Shown here one piece after another: positions 46,948-55,252 of a DNA stretch of 64,000 nucleotides. Both the position numbers and the translations under genes were made by a program. The notes beneath the pieces are model-generated. The model saw only the letters and a program-made list of their open reading frames with translations, was not told the DNA's origin and ran no database searches. The stretch spans positions 66,290 to 130,289 of the forward strand of contig JACPKP010000003.1 of NCBI GenBank assembly GCA_016186955.1, written 5' to 3'. Positions within the stretch are counted from its first letter, which is position 1; every line of letters begins with the position of its first letter. Origin of the DNA: Candidatus Daviesbacteria bacterium (GTDB lineage: Bacteria; Patescibacteriota; Microgenomatia; Daviesbacterales; UBA10151).

Positions 46948-47847
46948 TTAGCTAAACCCTCCATCCCATAAATATCTTACCCTTTTTTTTGGAACAAAAT
47001 AATTTTTCCTGTCCCTTATAGTATGGAGGAGATCAGCAATAAGGGTAACGAGGATCAGTACAGGTTTGTAGCGGGTATATGACCAGATTAAATCCTTAAA
47101 ACGGCGCTTATAATAAAACCAGGTAGACGTATTTTCTATAGTTAACTTTTTTACCTCCTTTTGTACTGAGTCTTTCTGGGAGATAATAATACTGTGTTTA
47201 TAAATAGTTGCCTGATACATTTTAATCCTGCAAAACTTTATATTTAGCCCTGTTTTTATGCAATTTACCATAAATGCTAAGTCTGCGATTGGAGTATTGG
47301 GGAAAAGGTTTGATTTGGCGAGCGAGCTTTTTCTAATTAAAAACCCCAGTCCGCAGGCGCCATGAATAAAGACATCCAATACACTTTTGCCATAATTTTG
47401 GCCGGGCCCAACATAGTTATAATGGAGTGCTCTTTTACCTTCATATTTAACTATGCCTCCGCAAACAAGCACATCAATTTCCTGGTGTTTTTCCATCGTT
47501 TCCACCGCTTTTTCCAGTCCTTGCGAAAATATCGTGTCATCATCGGGTAGGATTACTGCGTATTTGCCCCGTGCCAGGAGCAGGCCTTTGTTAGTGGCAT
47601 GGACATTGTTAAGATCAGGTTCTGATAAGAAAATATCAATTAATTTAGACCTTTTGGCTACTTTTATAGTTTGGTCACTAGAGTTTCCGTCAATAACAAC
47701 CAATTCATCCCCTTTTTTTCTGAGCGATCTGTATATCTTAAGCGCTTTTTTGAAATACTTGACTCTGTTTTTAGTGGGGATAATAAAACTGACTCTTTTA
47801 GTCAATAAATTGTCAATGTTTTTAACGGTTTTCATTAAATTTCTCAA
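46948..47847 (-). CDS. GT2 glycosyltransferase
   Basis: IIPTKNR, IDGNSSD, PDDD; start uncertain. Confidence 0.8.
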   Translation of the reverse strand: MRNLMKTVKNIDNLLTKRVSFIIPTKNRVKYFKKALKIYRSLRKKGDELVVIDGNSSDQTIKVAKRSKLIDIFLSEPDLNNVHATNKGLLLARGKYAVILPDDDTIFSQGLEKAVETMEKHQEIDVLVCGGIVKYEGKRALHYNYVGPGQNYGKSVLDVFIHGACGLGFLIRKSSLAKSNLFPNTPIADLAFMVNCIKTGLNIKFCRIKMYQATIYKHSIIISQKDSVQKEVKKLTIENTSTWFYYKRRFKDLIWSYTRYKPVLILVTLIADLLHTIRDRKNYFVPKKRVRYLWDGGFS

Positions 47848-48655
47848 TATTCCATAATATCCAGACAGTCAACTTATACCACAAAAAGGCTAAAGTCAGC
47901 ATTGGGTGGTTAATCAGTTTCCGCCAGGATTTTATCCAGACCGCCAGCCTGTAAGCAAGATTGGATTGGATAGTAAGAGCTTTTGGGTGTTTTTTCTGGT
48001 AGTTTTTTATGTTTCTAATATAGTAGAGCTCTTTCTGCAGCAGCTTTGAGAGAGAATCTTTGGATTCATGATGGGTGATGAGGGAGATACGGGAGATTTG
48101 GGTAGAGTAACCTGCTTTGGCAAATCGTAAGGTTAAATCCCAATCTTCTGCTGCAATCAGCTTAGGGTCATAGCCTCCAATTTTCAAAAAATCCTTCTTT
48201 GGGAAAAATCTGGCGCCCAAAAGCCAGGTTGCATCATGATAGCAATTGCGCTCTAGCGCTAAAGCCCTGCCCCAAAAAGTGGTGCCTTGGGAATGCTCTT
48301 TGAGAGCAAGGATAGGGTATAGGGTATAGGGTATAGGGTATAGGTAGAAAGAAATACATTCTGTAACAGTATTTGATTTAAGCTCCATGTCTGCGTCAAT
48401 AAATAACAGATATTTACCTTTAGCAATTTGAGCACCAAAATTACGCTGAGTTGAGCGTTCAGAGCCTTGCAGAAAGACTTTTTTAGTAAATAATTTTGCT
48501 AATTTGACTGTTTTATCTTCTGAAAAATTATCAACTACAATTATTTCAATCTTCCCTCCATATTTTTGCCTTTTGATGGATTTTAAGCACCGCCCAATAT
48601 TTTGCTCCTCGTTTTTGGTGGGTACGATAATAGAAACAGTTGGGTATATTTTCAT
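47822..48655 (-). CDS. GT2 glycosyltransferase containing heptamer and nonamer tracts
   Basis: PTKNEE, VDNFSED, FIDADM, AEDWDL. Confidence 0.85.
   Translation of the reverse strand: MKIYPTVSIIVPTKNEEQNIGRCLKSIKRQKYGGKIEIIVVDNFSEDKTVKLAKLFTKKVFLQGSERSTQRNFGAQIAKGKYLLFIDADMELKSNTVTECISFYLYPIPYTLYPILALKEHSQGTTFWGRALALERNCYHDATWLLGARFFPKKDFLKIGGYDPKLIAAEDWDLTLRFAKAGYSTQISRISLITHHESKDSLSKLLQKELYYIRNIKNYQKKHPKALTIQSNLAYRLAVWIKSWRKLINHPMLTLAFLWYKLTVWILWNIEKFNENR
48312..48344. repeat. (ATAGGGT)x4.7 perfect heptamer repeat in coding sequence
   Basis: Encodes LYPIPYTLYPI. Confidence 0.9.
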
Positions 48656-49785
48656 TTTTGATGATGTTGGTATGCAACTTTTTCAATTAACTTCAAGCTC
48701 ATTTTTTTGGATTTTTCCCATGTAAATTTTTTACTCCATGCCAAAGCCCCTTTTTTGAGCCTGCTGTATTTCTTCTGGTCATTTAGTAAATTGAGTATAT
48801 TATTTGCAAGCTCTAAAGGTGTATTATCTTTACAAATTACCCCTGAAATACCATGTTTTACAGAATCAACCAGCCCGGGAGATGAGTAAGCCATAACAGG
48901 TGTCCCAACACTGTTAGCTTCTATATTTACAAGTCCCCAGCCTTCCCGTGCCGAAGGATTGATTAGAAGATGTGAACGGGAAAGCAGTTTGAATTTATCT
49001 TTTTCTGAGACATATCCCCAGAATTTCACTTTTTTTGATATGCCAAATCTTGCAGCCAGTTTTTTCAATTTCCTGGTATAGATTGTTGTTTGGGGTTTTC
49101 CTATGACCCAAAAGCGGAAGTCACCCAGTTTATCTAAAAAAGAGTAGCATTTGAGCGCATCTTCAATGCCTTTATCTTTTGACAAAGCTCCCAGAAACAT
49201 AATCGTCCATTGTTTGTTTTTATGTATTTTTTTAAATTGAATTAGTTTAATCGCGTGGTTAATAATGTAGATCCTGTCAGGTTTAATACCAAGATTGACC
49301 AGGTCTTTTTTAGTAGAAGGTGAACCAGTCCAAAAGGGTATACCGGTGTAGATTTTAAAGATTAGAGGTTCAAGTACGTATCCCAGTAGTCCAAAGATCC
49401 AACTGAGAGGCCATTTTAGCTCATTCATAAACCAGACCTCTTTTGCTACCTCTTGAATCACTGCCAGCTTTTTTATTCTAATATAAAGCGGGGTAAAAAA
49501 CGGCAGGCCATGGAATTGATCAAACACCAGATCAAATTTAGACTGATTTCTTAAATAGTAAAAACAAGCAGCTATCTGGACTCCCAGATACTCGTGCCCG
49601 CTTCTTAAAATATTGACCCCATCGAGTGTTTCCTCTTTTGCAGCGCCTTGGAACCGGGAAGAAAATAGGTATACAGTATGTCCTGCTGCTATCCAGCCTT
49701 TGGCATGCTCATGGGTAACCTGTTCTGCGCCTCCTGCCAAAGGGTGTTTAGGGTCGCGCCAGGAAAGAATTAGTATGTTCATCAC
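48652..49785 (-). CDS. GT4 glycosyltransferase
   Basis: WRDPKHPLAGGAE, REGWGLVNIEAN. Confidence 0.85.
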   Translation of the reverse strand: MMNILILSWRDPKHPLAGGAEQVTHEHAKGWIAAGHTVYLFSSRFQGAAKEETLDGVNILRSGHEYLGVQIAACFYYLRNQSKFDLVFDQFHGLPFFTPLYIRIKKLAVIQEVAKEVWFMNELKWPLSWIFGLLGYVLEPLIFKIYTGIPFWTGSPSTKKDLVNLGIKPDRIYIINHAIKLIQFKKIHKNKQWTIMFLGALSKDKGIEDALKCYSFLDKLGDFRFWVIGKPQTTIYTRKLKKLAARFGISKKVKFWGYVSEKDKFKLLSRSHLLINPSAREGWGLVNIEANSVGTPVMAYSSPGLVDSVKHGISGVICKDNTPLELANNILNLLNDQKKYSRLKKGALAWSKKFTWEKSKKMSLKLIEKVAYQHHQK

Positions 49786-50597
49786 CCTATATTTACTCTA
49801 AAGTTAAGCTCCGGGTCAAATACCCATCTTCTTTTATTTTTGTCAGAATAATAATGCATCAGTTTTAACCTGTAAAAAACCGCCAAAGTATCCCAAAGTA
49901 TCCGGAATATTGTTATATAAAAGTTTTTACCTGTAACAGCTGAAGTATTGCCAAACTCCAGTTTAATCTCCACCGGAGCTTCAAAAATCCTTTTAAACCC
50001 TGTATAATTTGCAACAGCCAGTATTTCGATATCAAATGCGTAAGTTTTAACAAGCAGGCGGGGGAGCACTTTTTCCAAAACTTCTCTCCGGAAAAACTTC
50101 AGCCCTACCTGGGTGTCTTTGACCTTTAAGCCGAATAAAACCCCTGTTAAAACCTGGTATCCGATTGAAAGGATCCTTCTTTGCCATGGATAAATAACTT
50201 TAGAGACGGGATGCCTTTTTGACCCTACCACAATATCAGCCCCATACCACTCAAAATGTTCCAGCAGCATTGACAACCCGTTTGGGTTTAAATCCATGCC
50301 TGAATCTATAAAAGCGATAATATTTCCTCTGGCTTTAGCCATCCCAAAGCGGATAGCGTAACCCTTACCTCTATTGGTTTCATATCCGACCACTCGGACA
50401 CCAGGATTTTTTTTGGAAAATTCGGCTGCTTTTTGGAGTGTTTTGTCTGCGAATCCGTCTACCACACAGATCAACTCTGTTTTGTACCTAAGCTTGTCCA
50501 GGATTTGTTTAATCCTGCGCAGGTCTTTGATAATGGTTTTTTCCTGCTTGTAGGCAGGTATAATAATAGATATCAGGGTTTTTCTCATTGGCTGCAC
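49782..50597 (-). CDS. Polyprenol-phosphate sugar synthase-like GT2 (DPM1/ALG5 family)
   Basis: NRGKGYA, VVGSKRH, DTQVGLKFF, AFDIEIL. Confidence 0.8.
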   Translation of the reverse strand: MQPMRKTLISIIIPAYKQEKTIIKDLRRIKQILDKLRYKTELICVVDGFADKTLQKAAEFSKKNPGVRVVGYETNRGKGYAIRFGMAKARGNIIAFIDSGMDLNPNGLSMLLEHFEWYGADIVVGSKRHPVSKVIYPWQRRILSIGYQVLTGVLFGLKVKDTQVGLKFFRREVLEKVLPRLLVKTYAFDIEILAVANYTGFKRIFEAPVEIKLEFGNTSAVTGKNFYITIFRILWDTLAVFYRLKLMHYYSDKNKRRWVFDPELNFRVNIG

Positions 50598-50642
50598 CTT
50601 TTATAACCTTTTTTCTTATCCAGATCAAGTGTTGTTTAAGAG

Positions 50643-50661
50643 TTATCCACAGTTATCCACA
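50643..50661 (+). promoter_or_regulatory. Two tandem perfect DnaA boxes
   Basis: TTATCCACA at 50643 and 50653; one-mismatch TTATCCAGA at 50616. Confidence 0.6.
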
Positions 50662-50801
50662 ACCGCTATTTTTTGCCCAAAAGATTTTTAAGGCAAGATG
50701 GTTTAATTGGTATATCAAGCTAATCATGCTCCAATATCCCCCAAAATAAACTCCAGGCTGCCCTAAATTTTACGTATTTTTTGCTATGGGATCTGCAAAT
50801 C

Positions 50802-50830
50802 TTGACAAATAGTTTTTTATATGCTATCTT
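50802..50830 (+). promoter_or_regulatory. Sigma70 promoter
   Basis: TTGACA-17-TATCTT with TGn extension. Confidence 0.65.
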
Positions 50831-50838
50831 TTGAGCAG

Positions 50839-50985
50839 ATGCTTAATTTTAGATTCAATACAAGAAGTAAATCAGGTATGGCCATAAGAAGAAGGCAGAT
50901 AGGAAACCGTGATTCTATGGAAAGTCATGTCAGGAAAGTTTTAACAGACCTTGATCAGAGGTTGATACTGATGGTCAGGAACTGA
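50839..50985 (+). CDS. 48-aa basic small protein (below ORF-track cutoff)
   Basis: MLNFRFNTRSKSGMAIRRRQIGNRDSMESHVRKVLTDLDQRLILMVRN; ATG 8 nt after the -10 box. Confidence 0.45.
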   Translation: MLNFRFNTRSKSGMAIRRRQIGNRDSMESHVRKVLTDLDQRLILMVRN

Positions 50986-51001
50986 AAGTTCTTTAACAGC
51001 A

Positions 51002-51098
51002 CAAAAAAAGAGCATTACTACCGCAGACGGACTCGAATAGCAATGCTCCTTTATTAATTACGAAAATAACCTCAAGAGCAGTTAAAAGTTATTTTCTA
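51002..51098 (-). ncRNA. Candidate ~95-nt small RNA
   Basis: Minus-strand TTGACA-18-TATTCT (51133-51104); two hairpins with G-U pairs only on this strand; U7 tail. Confidence 0.45.
51003..51048 (-). terminator. Intrinsic terminator
   Basis: GAGCAUUGCUA/UAGUAAUGCUC 11-bp stem followed by UUUUUUU. Confidence 0.65.
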
Positions 51099-51155
51099 TA
51101 TTTAGAATATTCATAAAACTGCTTTGTTGTCAAGTAGTCATTTTTGGGAGATTAT

Positions 51156-51276
51156 GGATCAGTATCGGGGGTTTGTCTAGGGCAGGGACAAGTCCCCGAT
51201 ATTGGTCCCTAACAGCGGGAGGAGATTTGACAATACACCCTTCGGCTGCGCCGGAGCAGGGCAGGGTCCAGTCTCC
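51156..51276 (+). other. Two GC-rich hairpins, candidate structured RNA or REP-derived element
   Basis: About 23-bp stem 51156-51208 with several G-U pairs; second stem GGAGATTtGAC/GTCcAGTCTCC. Confidence 0.45.
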
Positions 51277-51305
51277 AATCTGAATTAGCACCACGGGTTG
51301 TCGTC

Positions 51306-51334
51306 TTGACACAGTATCAACTTTGTGTTTTAAT
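51306..51334 (+). promoter_or_regulatory. rho promoter
   Basis: TTGACA-17-TTTAAT with TGn extension. Confidence 0.6.
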
Positions 51335-51428
51335 ATAAGGTTAGATACTCAAATTTGTCTTTTCCAAATATAGTTTTAAATAAATAGACCTCTATCCTAA
51401 ATGAAATTTCACTTTTCACTTTAAATTT

Positions 51429-52712
51429 ATGGCTAATACACGTTCATTCAAACCTGCCCGCAACACTTCAGAGACTGTAGAGGATATGGTCGGAAAACCT
51501 GTGGAACCGGAAAACCACAACGGTTACCGTTCCAACGGTTACGGTGAGCGGGATTATTCCACACGGGATGTCCCTACGGAGCAGGTGGCAGGTTACCTGG
51601 ATATTATGCCGGAAGGCCACGGGTTTTTAAGGCCAAAATATATCCCAAGCGACCGCGATGTCTATATCTCTGCCAGTCAGATTAGGCGTTTTAATTTACG
51701 GCCCGGGGATTTTGTTGAAGGCGGGGCCAGGCAGCCTAAAGAAAATGAGCGTTATTTCGGGCTGCTCCAGGTGGATAAAGTTAACGGTAAAGATGCCGAG
51801 CAGCTGGTTGCTTTGGACCAGGGTTCTGGCCGGGGAAAAACTAGACGGGTGAGGTTTGAAGACCTGACTGCGATTTACCCAAACCGCAAGTTGAAGCTTG
51901 AAACCGGGAAGGCTCCACTGTCCCAGCGGGTTATAGACTTGATTGCTCCGATCGGTTTTGGACAGCGTGGTTTGATTGTTTCCCCCCCTAAAGCAGGTAA
52001 AACTACAATTTTGAAAGATATTGCAGCAGGTATAGCCAAAAACCATCCCGATGCAGTGCTTATGGCAGTCTTGGTAGGCGAACGTCCGGAAGAAGTTACT
52101 GACATCTCCCGTTCAATTAAAGGCGACGTAATCGCTTCAAATTTTGATGAACCGGCGGAAAACCAGACTAGGGCTGCAGAAATTGCCCTGGAGCGTGCAA
52201 AAAGGCTGGTCGAAGAAGGTAAAGATGTGATCATCCTGTTGGATTCTGTTACCAGGCTTGGCCGTGCCTATAATCTGGTTGTCCCGCCATCCGGCAGGAC
52301 CCTGTCAGGGGGTTTTGACCCGGTTGCGCTTTACCCTCCCAAGCATTTCTTCGGGGCGGCCCGCAATTGTGAAGAGGGCGGTTCTTTGACCATTATCGGG
52401 ACAGCGCTTGTTGACACCGGTTCAAGGATGGATGACTTAATTTATGAGGAGTTTAAAGGCACTGGGAATATGGAGTTGCACCTGGACCGCCGCTTGGCTG
52501 AACGCAGGATTTATCCGGCTATAGATATAGAAGCTTCATCTACCAGACAGGAACAGCTGCTGTTTAAAGAAGATCTGTACAGGCAGATTATTGTGATGAG
52601 AAGGATGCTGGGGATCCTAAATGGGGAAGAAAGGACAGCGGTATTTTTGGAAAGGCTTGAAAAAACTGCAGATAATGATGAGTTCTTAAGCTCACTCAAA
52701 GACGTTAAGTAA
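51429..52712 (+). CDS. rho: Transcription termination factor Rho
   Basis: GHGFLR, DVYISASQIRRFNLR, GQRGLIVSPPKAGKT, EEFKGTGNME. Confidence 0.98.
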   Translation: MANTRSFKPARNTSETVEDMVGKPVEPENHNGYRSNGYGERDYSTRDVPTEQVAGYLDIMPEGHGFLRPKYIPSDRDVYISASQIRRFNLRPGDFVEGGARQPKENERYFGLLQVDKVNGKDAEQLVALDQGSGRGKTRRVRFEDLTAIYPNRKLKLETGKAPLSQRVIDLIAPIGFGQRGLIVSPPKAGKTTILKDIAAGIAKNHPDAVLMAVLVGERPEEVTDISRSIKGDVIASNFDEPAENQTRAAEIALERAKRLVEEGKDVIILLDSVTRLGRAYNLVVPPSGRTLSGGFDPVALYPPKHFFGAARNCEEGGSLTIIGTALVDTGSRMDDLIYEEFKGTGNMELHLDRRLAERRIYPAIDIEASSTRQEQLLFKEDLYRQIIVMRRMLGILNGEERTAVFLERLEKTADNDEFLSSLKDVK

Positions 52713-52825
52713 TACCACCCTTTGTCAAGTTGACACCTCATTGACAGTCTCTGTTAAAATACTTTGAAGAGGCCTTTAAGGTTATTAAGGCAGTTAAGTA
52801 ATACCTTAAGCAAACTTAATCCTAA

Positions 52826-53941
52826 ATGAATTCTACCAAAGATGATTTAGCCTCACTTTTAAAATTTTTAGTCATCTACCAGTCCAGAAAAACTCGTGTA
52901 TTTGGCGCTAATTTCGAACGGTTCAAAAACACTTCAGTAGAGGTTTTGATGCACCGGAGAGGAAAGCTGCAAAAATCAGTATTCCATACTTCAATGATAG
53001 GGTTGGCTTCAGTCGGGGTTTTAACATCAGGAGTTTTAGGGGGTAATTCCCTGGTTGCTTCTTCCCTTCCCGGAGTGGGCGGGCCTGACCCAAGGATTAT
53101 TGAGACATATGACCCTAATGCTTCGGGCGTCAGCTTGGATTCCCTGATCGATTTCCATACTGATATTTCCCAAAAACCCCGGTCTGAAATTTTGGAATAT
53201 GAGGTTAAAAGCGGTGAAACCATTTCGCAGATAGCTGTAAAATTTGGCATATCGGTTGAAACCATTAAATGGGCCAATAACCTTGACTCTGTGCACACCA
53301 TAAAACCAGGCCAAATCTTAAAAATACTGCCTGTTTCAGGCGTGATGCATACCGTAAAAAGCGGTGATACCCTGGAATCAATTGCCAAAAAATACTCTGC
53401 AGAGGCGCAGGCAATTTTGGATTACCCTTTTAACGACGTACCGGATGATTTTAAACTGAAGATAGGACAGGTGTTGGTTATACCTGACGGTGCTCCTCCT
53501 GAAACTAAGGTAAAACCCAGGTTACAACCGCAATATATTGCCCAGGGTCCATCAACCCAATTTAGCGCACCGGGTGGGGGTAACTTTATTTGGCCGACTA
53601 CCTTACAAGGCATTTCACAATATTTTGCCTGGTACCATCCCGGGATAGACCTGCCAAACAGGTCTGCGCCGCCTATTCTGGCATCAGACGGGGGGACTAT
53701 TATTGTTGCCGGATGGCCTGATAACTATGGGTATGGCAACAGGATAGTCATAGACCATGGGAATGGCTACCAAACCCTTTACGCGCATTTATCAAATATC
53801 TATGTCTCTGCGGGTCAGACAGTCTCAAGGGGACAGGCGATAGGCCAGATGGGTTCTACGGGCCGTTCTACAGGGACACACCTGCATTTTGAAATCCATT
53901 TCAAGGGAGTAGCTGTCAACCCTCTGGCAATTTTGAAATAG
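52826..53941 (+). CDS. Membrane-anchored 2xLysM + M23 peptidase
   Basis: YEVKSGETIS, HTVKSGDTLE; HPGID, YAHL, HLHFE. Confidence 0.92.
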   Translation: MNSTKDDLASLLKFLVIYQSRKTRVFGANFERFKNTSVEVLMHRRGKLQKSVFHTSMIGLASVGVLTSGVLGGNSLVASSLPGVGGPDPRIIETYDPNASGVSLDSLIDFHTDISQKPRSEILEYEVKSGETISQIAVKFGISVETIKWANNLDSVHTIKPGQILKILPVSGVMHTVKSGDTLESIAKKYSAEAQAILDYPFNDVPDDFKLKIGQVLVIPDGAPPETKVKPRLQPQYIAQGPSTQFSAPGGGNFIWPTTLQGISQYFAWYHPGIDLPNRSAPPILASDGGTIIVAGWPDNYGYGNRIVIDHGNGYQTLYAHLSNIYVSAGQTVSRGQAIGQMGSTGRSTGTHLHFEIHFKGVAVNPLAILK

Positions 53942-53958
53942 GAGTATACTTAGCACAT

Positions 53959-54031
53959 GGGCCGTTAGCTCATTTGGTAGAGCGTCTGGCTGGCAGTCAG
54001 AAGGTGACCGGTTCAAGCCCGGTACGGTCCA
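53959..54031 (+). tRNA. tRNA-Ala(GGC), CCA not encoded
   Basis: Cloverleaf; GGGCCGT/ACGGTCC acceptor with G3-U70; loop CTGGCAG; TTCAAGC T-loop. Confidence 0.95.
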
Positions 54032-54053
54032 CTTAAAAATATATAATTAAATT

Positions 54054-54584
54054 ATGGCAGAAACTGATATTACAACCAAAAATCAGGCCTTGCAGCCCCA
54101 AGCTGCAACTTCTGGAGGGGTGAAGGCAGCAAAAAATGGTGTGGAGGAAAGGGTTATCCGCATCCAGGTTATAGGAGGCGTGGCAAACGGTGATTACCCC
54201 TCATCTGATTTTCAGACTGCTAAAAGAACGTGGGAGGCTTTTGTAGAAGCAGGCATTGAGCCCCAATTTTTAGTTGCTAATGGGCTGCATGAGGGGCACA
54301 ATTACCAGGTTTCAGAAGTTTCTACCAGGCAGTTGCTCAAAAAAGGAGGAGTAATCAACTTGATAGGGGAATCAAGGGCTACTGAGGAAGCTTTGCTGGC
54401 ATATAATTATACTAAGTCACAGGCTCAAGCTGACAATAATTTAATCAGTGGTACAGATAAAAAGACTGCTTTAGTTAAGGTAAGCCAGGAACTGGGTAAG
54501 TTTGATGAAGCAGGAGAAATCGTAGAGGCAACTGTGATATTGCCTGAAAAACAGCAGAAAATTGCTGAGCCTAACTCAAACTAA
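54054..54584 (+). CDS. Hypothetical protein
   Basis: 176-aa ORF; TATAAT 6 nt upstream of ATG; no recognised motif. Confidence 0.6.
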   Translation: MAETDITTKNQALQPQAATSGGVKAAKNGVEERVIRIQVIGGVANGDYPSSDFQTAKRTWEAFVEAGIEPQFLVANGLHEGHNYQVSEVSTRQLLKKGGVINLIGESRATEEALLAYNYTKSQAQADNNLISGTDKKTALVKVSQELGKFDEAGEIVEATVILPEKQQKIAEPNSN

Positions 54585-54586
54585 TC

Positions 54587-54657
54587 GGGCTTGTAGGCAA
54601 GTGGTATACCGGTACATTCGCATTGTACAGTCCCGGGTTCGATTCCCGGCAAGTCCA
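54587..54657 (+). tRNA. tRNA-Ala(CGC), CCA not encoded
   Basis: GGGCTTG/CAAGTCC acceptor with G3-U70; GTACA-TTCGCAT-TGTAC arm; TTCGATT T-loop. Confidence 0.92.
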
Positions 54658-54671
54658 CACAATATGAACAT

Positions 54672-54944
54672 TTACAATTTGTAGATATCATGACTGCCAA
54701 TTTTATGAAATAAAACCTTTCCTTGCCCCATAAATTCAAATATAATCCTATCTTTATAATTTATAGAAAATGCCCATAAACCTTCTAATTGACCAGTAAG
54801 TTTATGGGTTTTTGACGTAGGGGAAAATGGATCCTTTTTAAATAATTTCTCTGCCTTGATAGCCTGTTTCTGTATCTTTGGGGTGAGTTTTTTAAATTGT
54901 TTGACAAAATTACTTGAGTACTCTATTTGAGTAATAGCCATCAA
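54672..54944 (-). CDS. RelE/YafQ-family mRNA interferase toxin
   Basis: FVKQFKKL, KTHKLTGQLEGLWAFSI, IGSHDIY. Confidence 0.85.
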   Translation of the reverse strand: MMAITQIEYSSNFVKQFKKLTPKIQKQAIKAEKLFKKDPFSPTSKTHKLTGQLEGLWAFSINYKDRIIFEFMGQGKVLFHKIGSHDIYKL

Positions 54945-55216
54945 ATTAAATCAGAGAGTGAGCCTGTTTTGATAGTTTTGTCTTCTTTATACTCTTTTCT
55001 GCCTTCCTCTACCACCCGGAGTGTATCCGCCACTTCCGCCTCGTAGGCAATTCTTCTCAGATTCTCTAAAGCCTTATAATCAATTATTGCCACATCTGGT
55101 TTATTGTTGGATAGCACAACCACAGGCTCCTTAGTTTTTTTGACCCTATCAAAAACCTTACGGTAGTTTTTTTGTATATCAGATACAGAGACTGTATTAG
55201 GCATCAATGTAATCAT
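54941..55216 (-). CDS. Phd/YefM-family antitoxin
   Basis: VSVSDIQKNY..VFDRV....EPVVV..NNKP; start reassigned to lie downstream of the promoter. Confidence 0.85.
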   Translation of the reverse strand: MITLMPNTVSVSDIQKNYRKVFDRVKKTKEPVVVLSNNKPDVAIIDYKALENLRRIAYEAEVADTLRVVEEGRKEYKEDKTIKTGSLSDLI

Positions 55217-55223
55217 AATATGT

Positions 55224-55252
55224 ATAATATTACATAAAATTTTATATGTCAA
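55224..55252 (-). promoter_or_regulatory. TA operon promoter
   Basis: TTGACA-17-TATTAT; ATG 7 nt downstream. Confidence 0.7.

Noticed and set aside
22223-50810. 18-nt identity CTGCAAATCTTGACAAAT at 22223 and 50793
   Set aside because: AT-rich, one copy is coding, and there is no flanking similarity; plausible by chance, so not called an att site.
51140-51300. SRP, RNase P or 6S RNA
   Set aside because: The diagnostic motifs (SRP helix 8, GAGGAAAGUC) and the 6S closing-stem/central-bubble layout were not found by eye.
51449-51463. 15-nt match between the rho N-terminus (KPARN) and the 14746 element
   Set aside because: No second hairpin arm in rho, and 15-mer matches are expected by chance in a window this size.
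53959-54657. tRNA-integrated prophage or ICE
   Set aside because: Both tRNAs are complete and different; no duplicated 3' fragment and no integrase.
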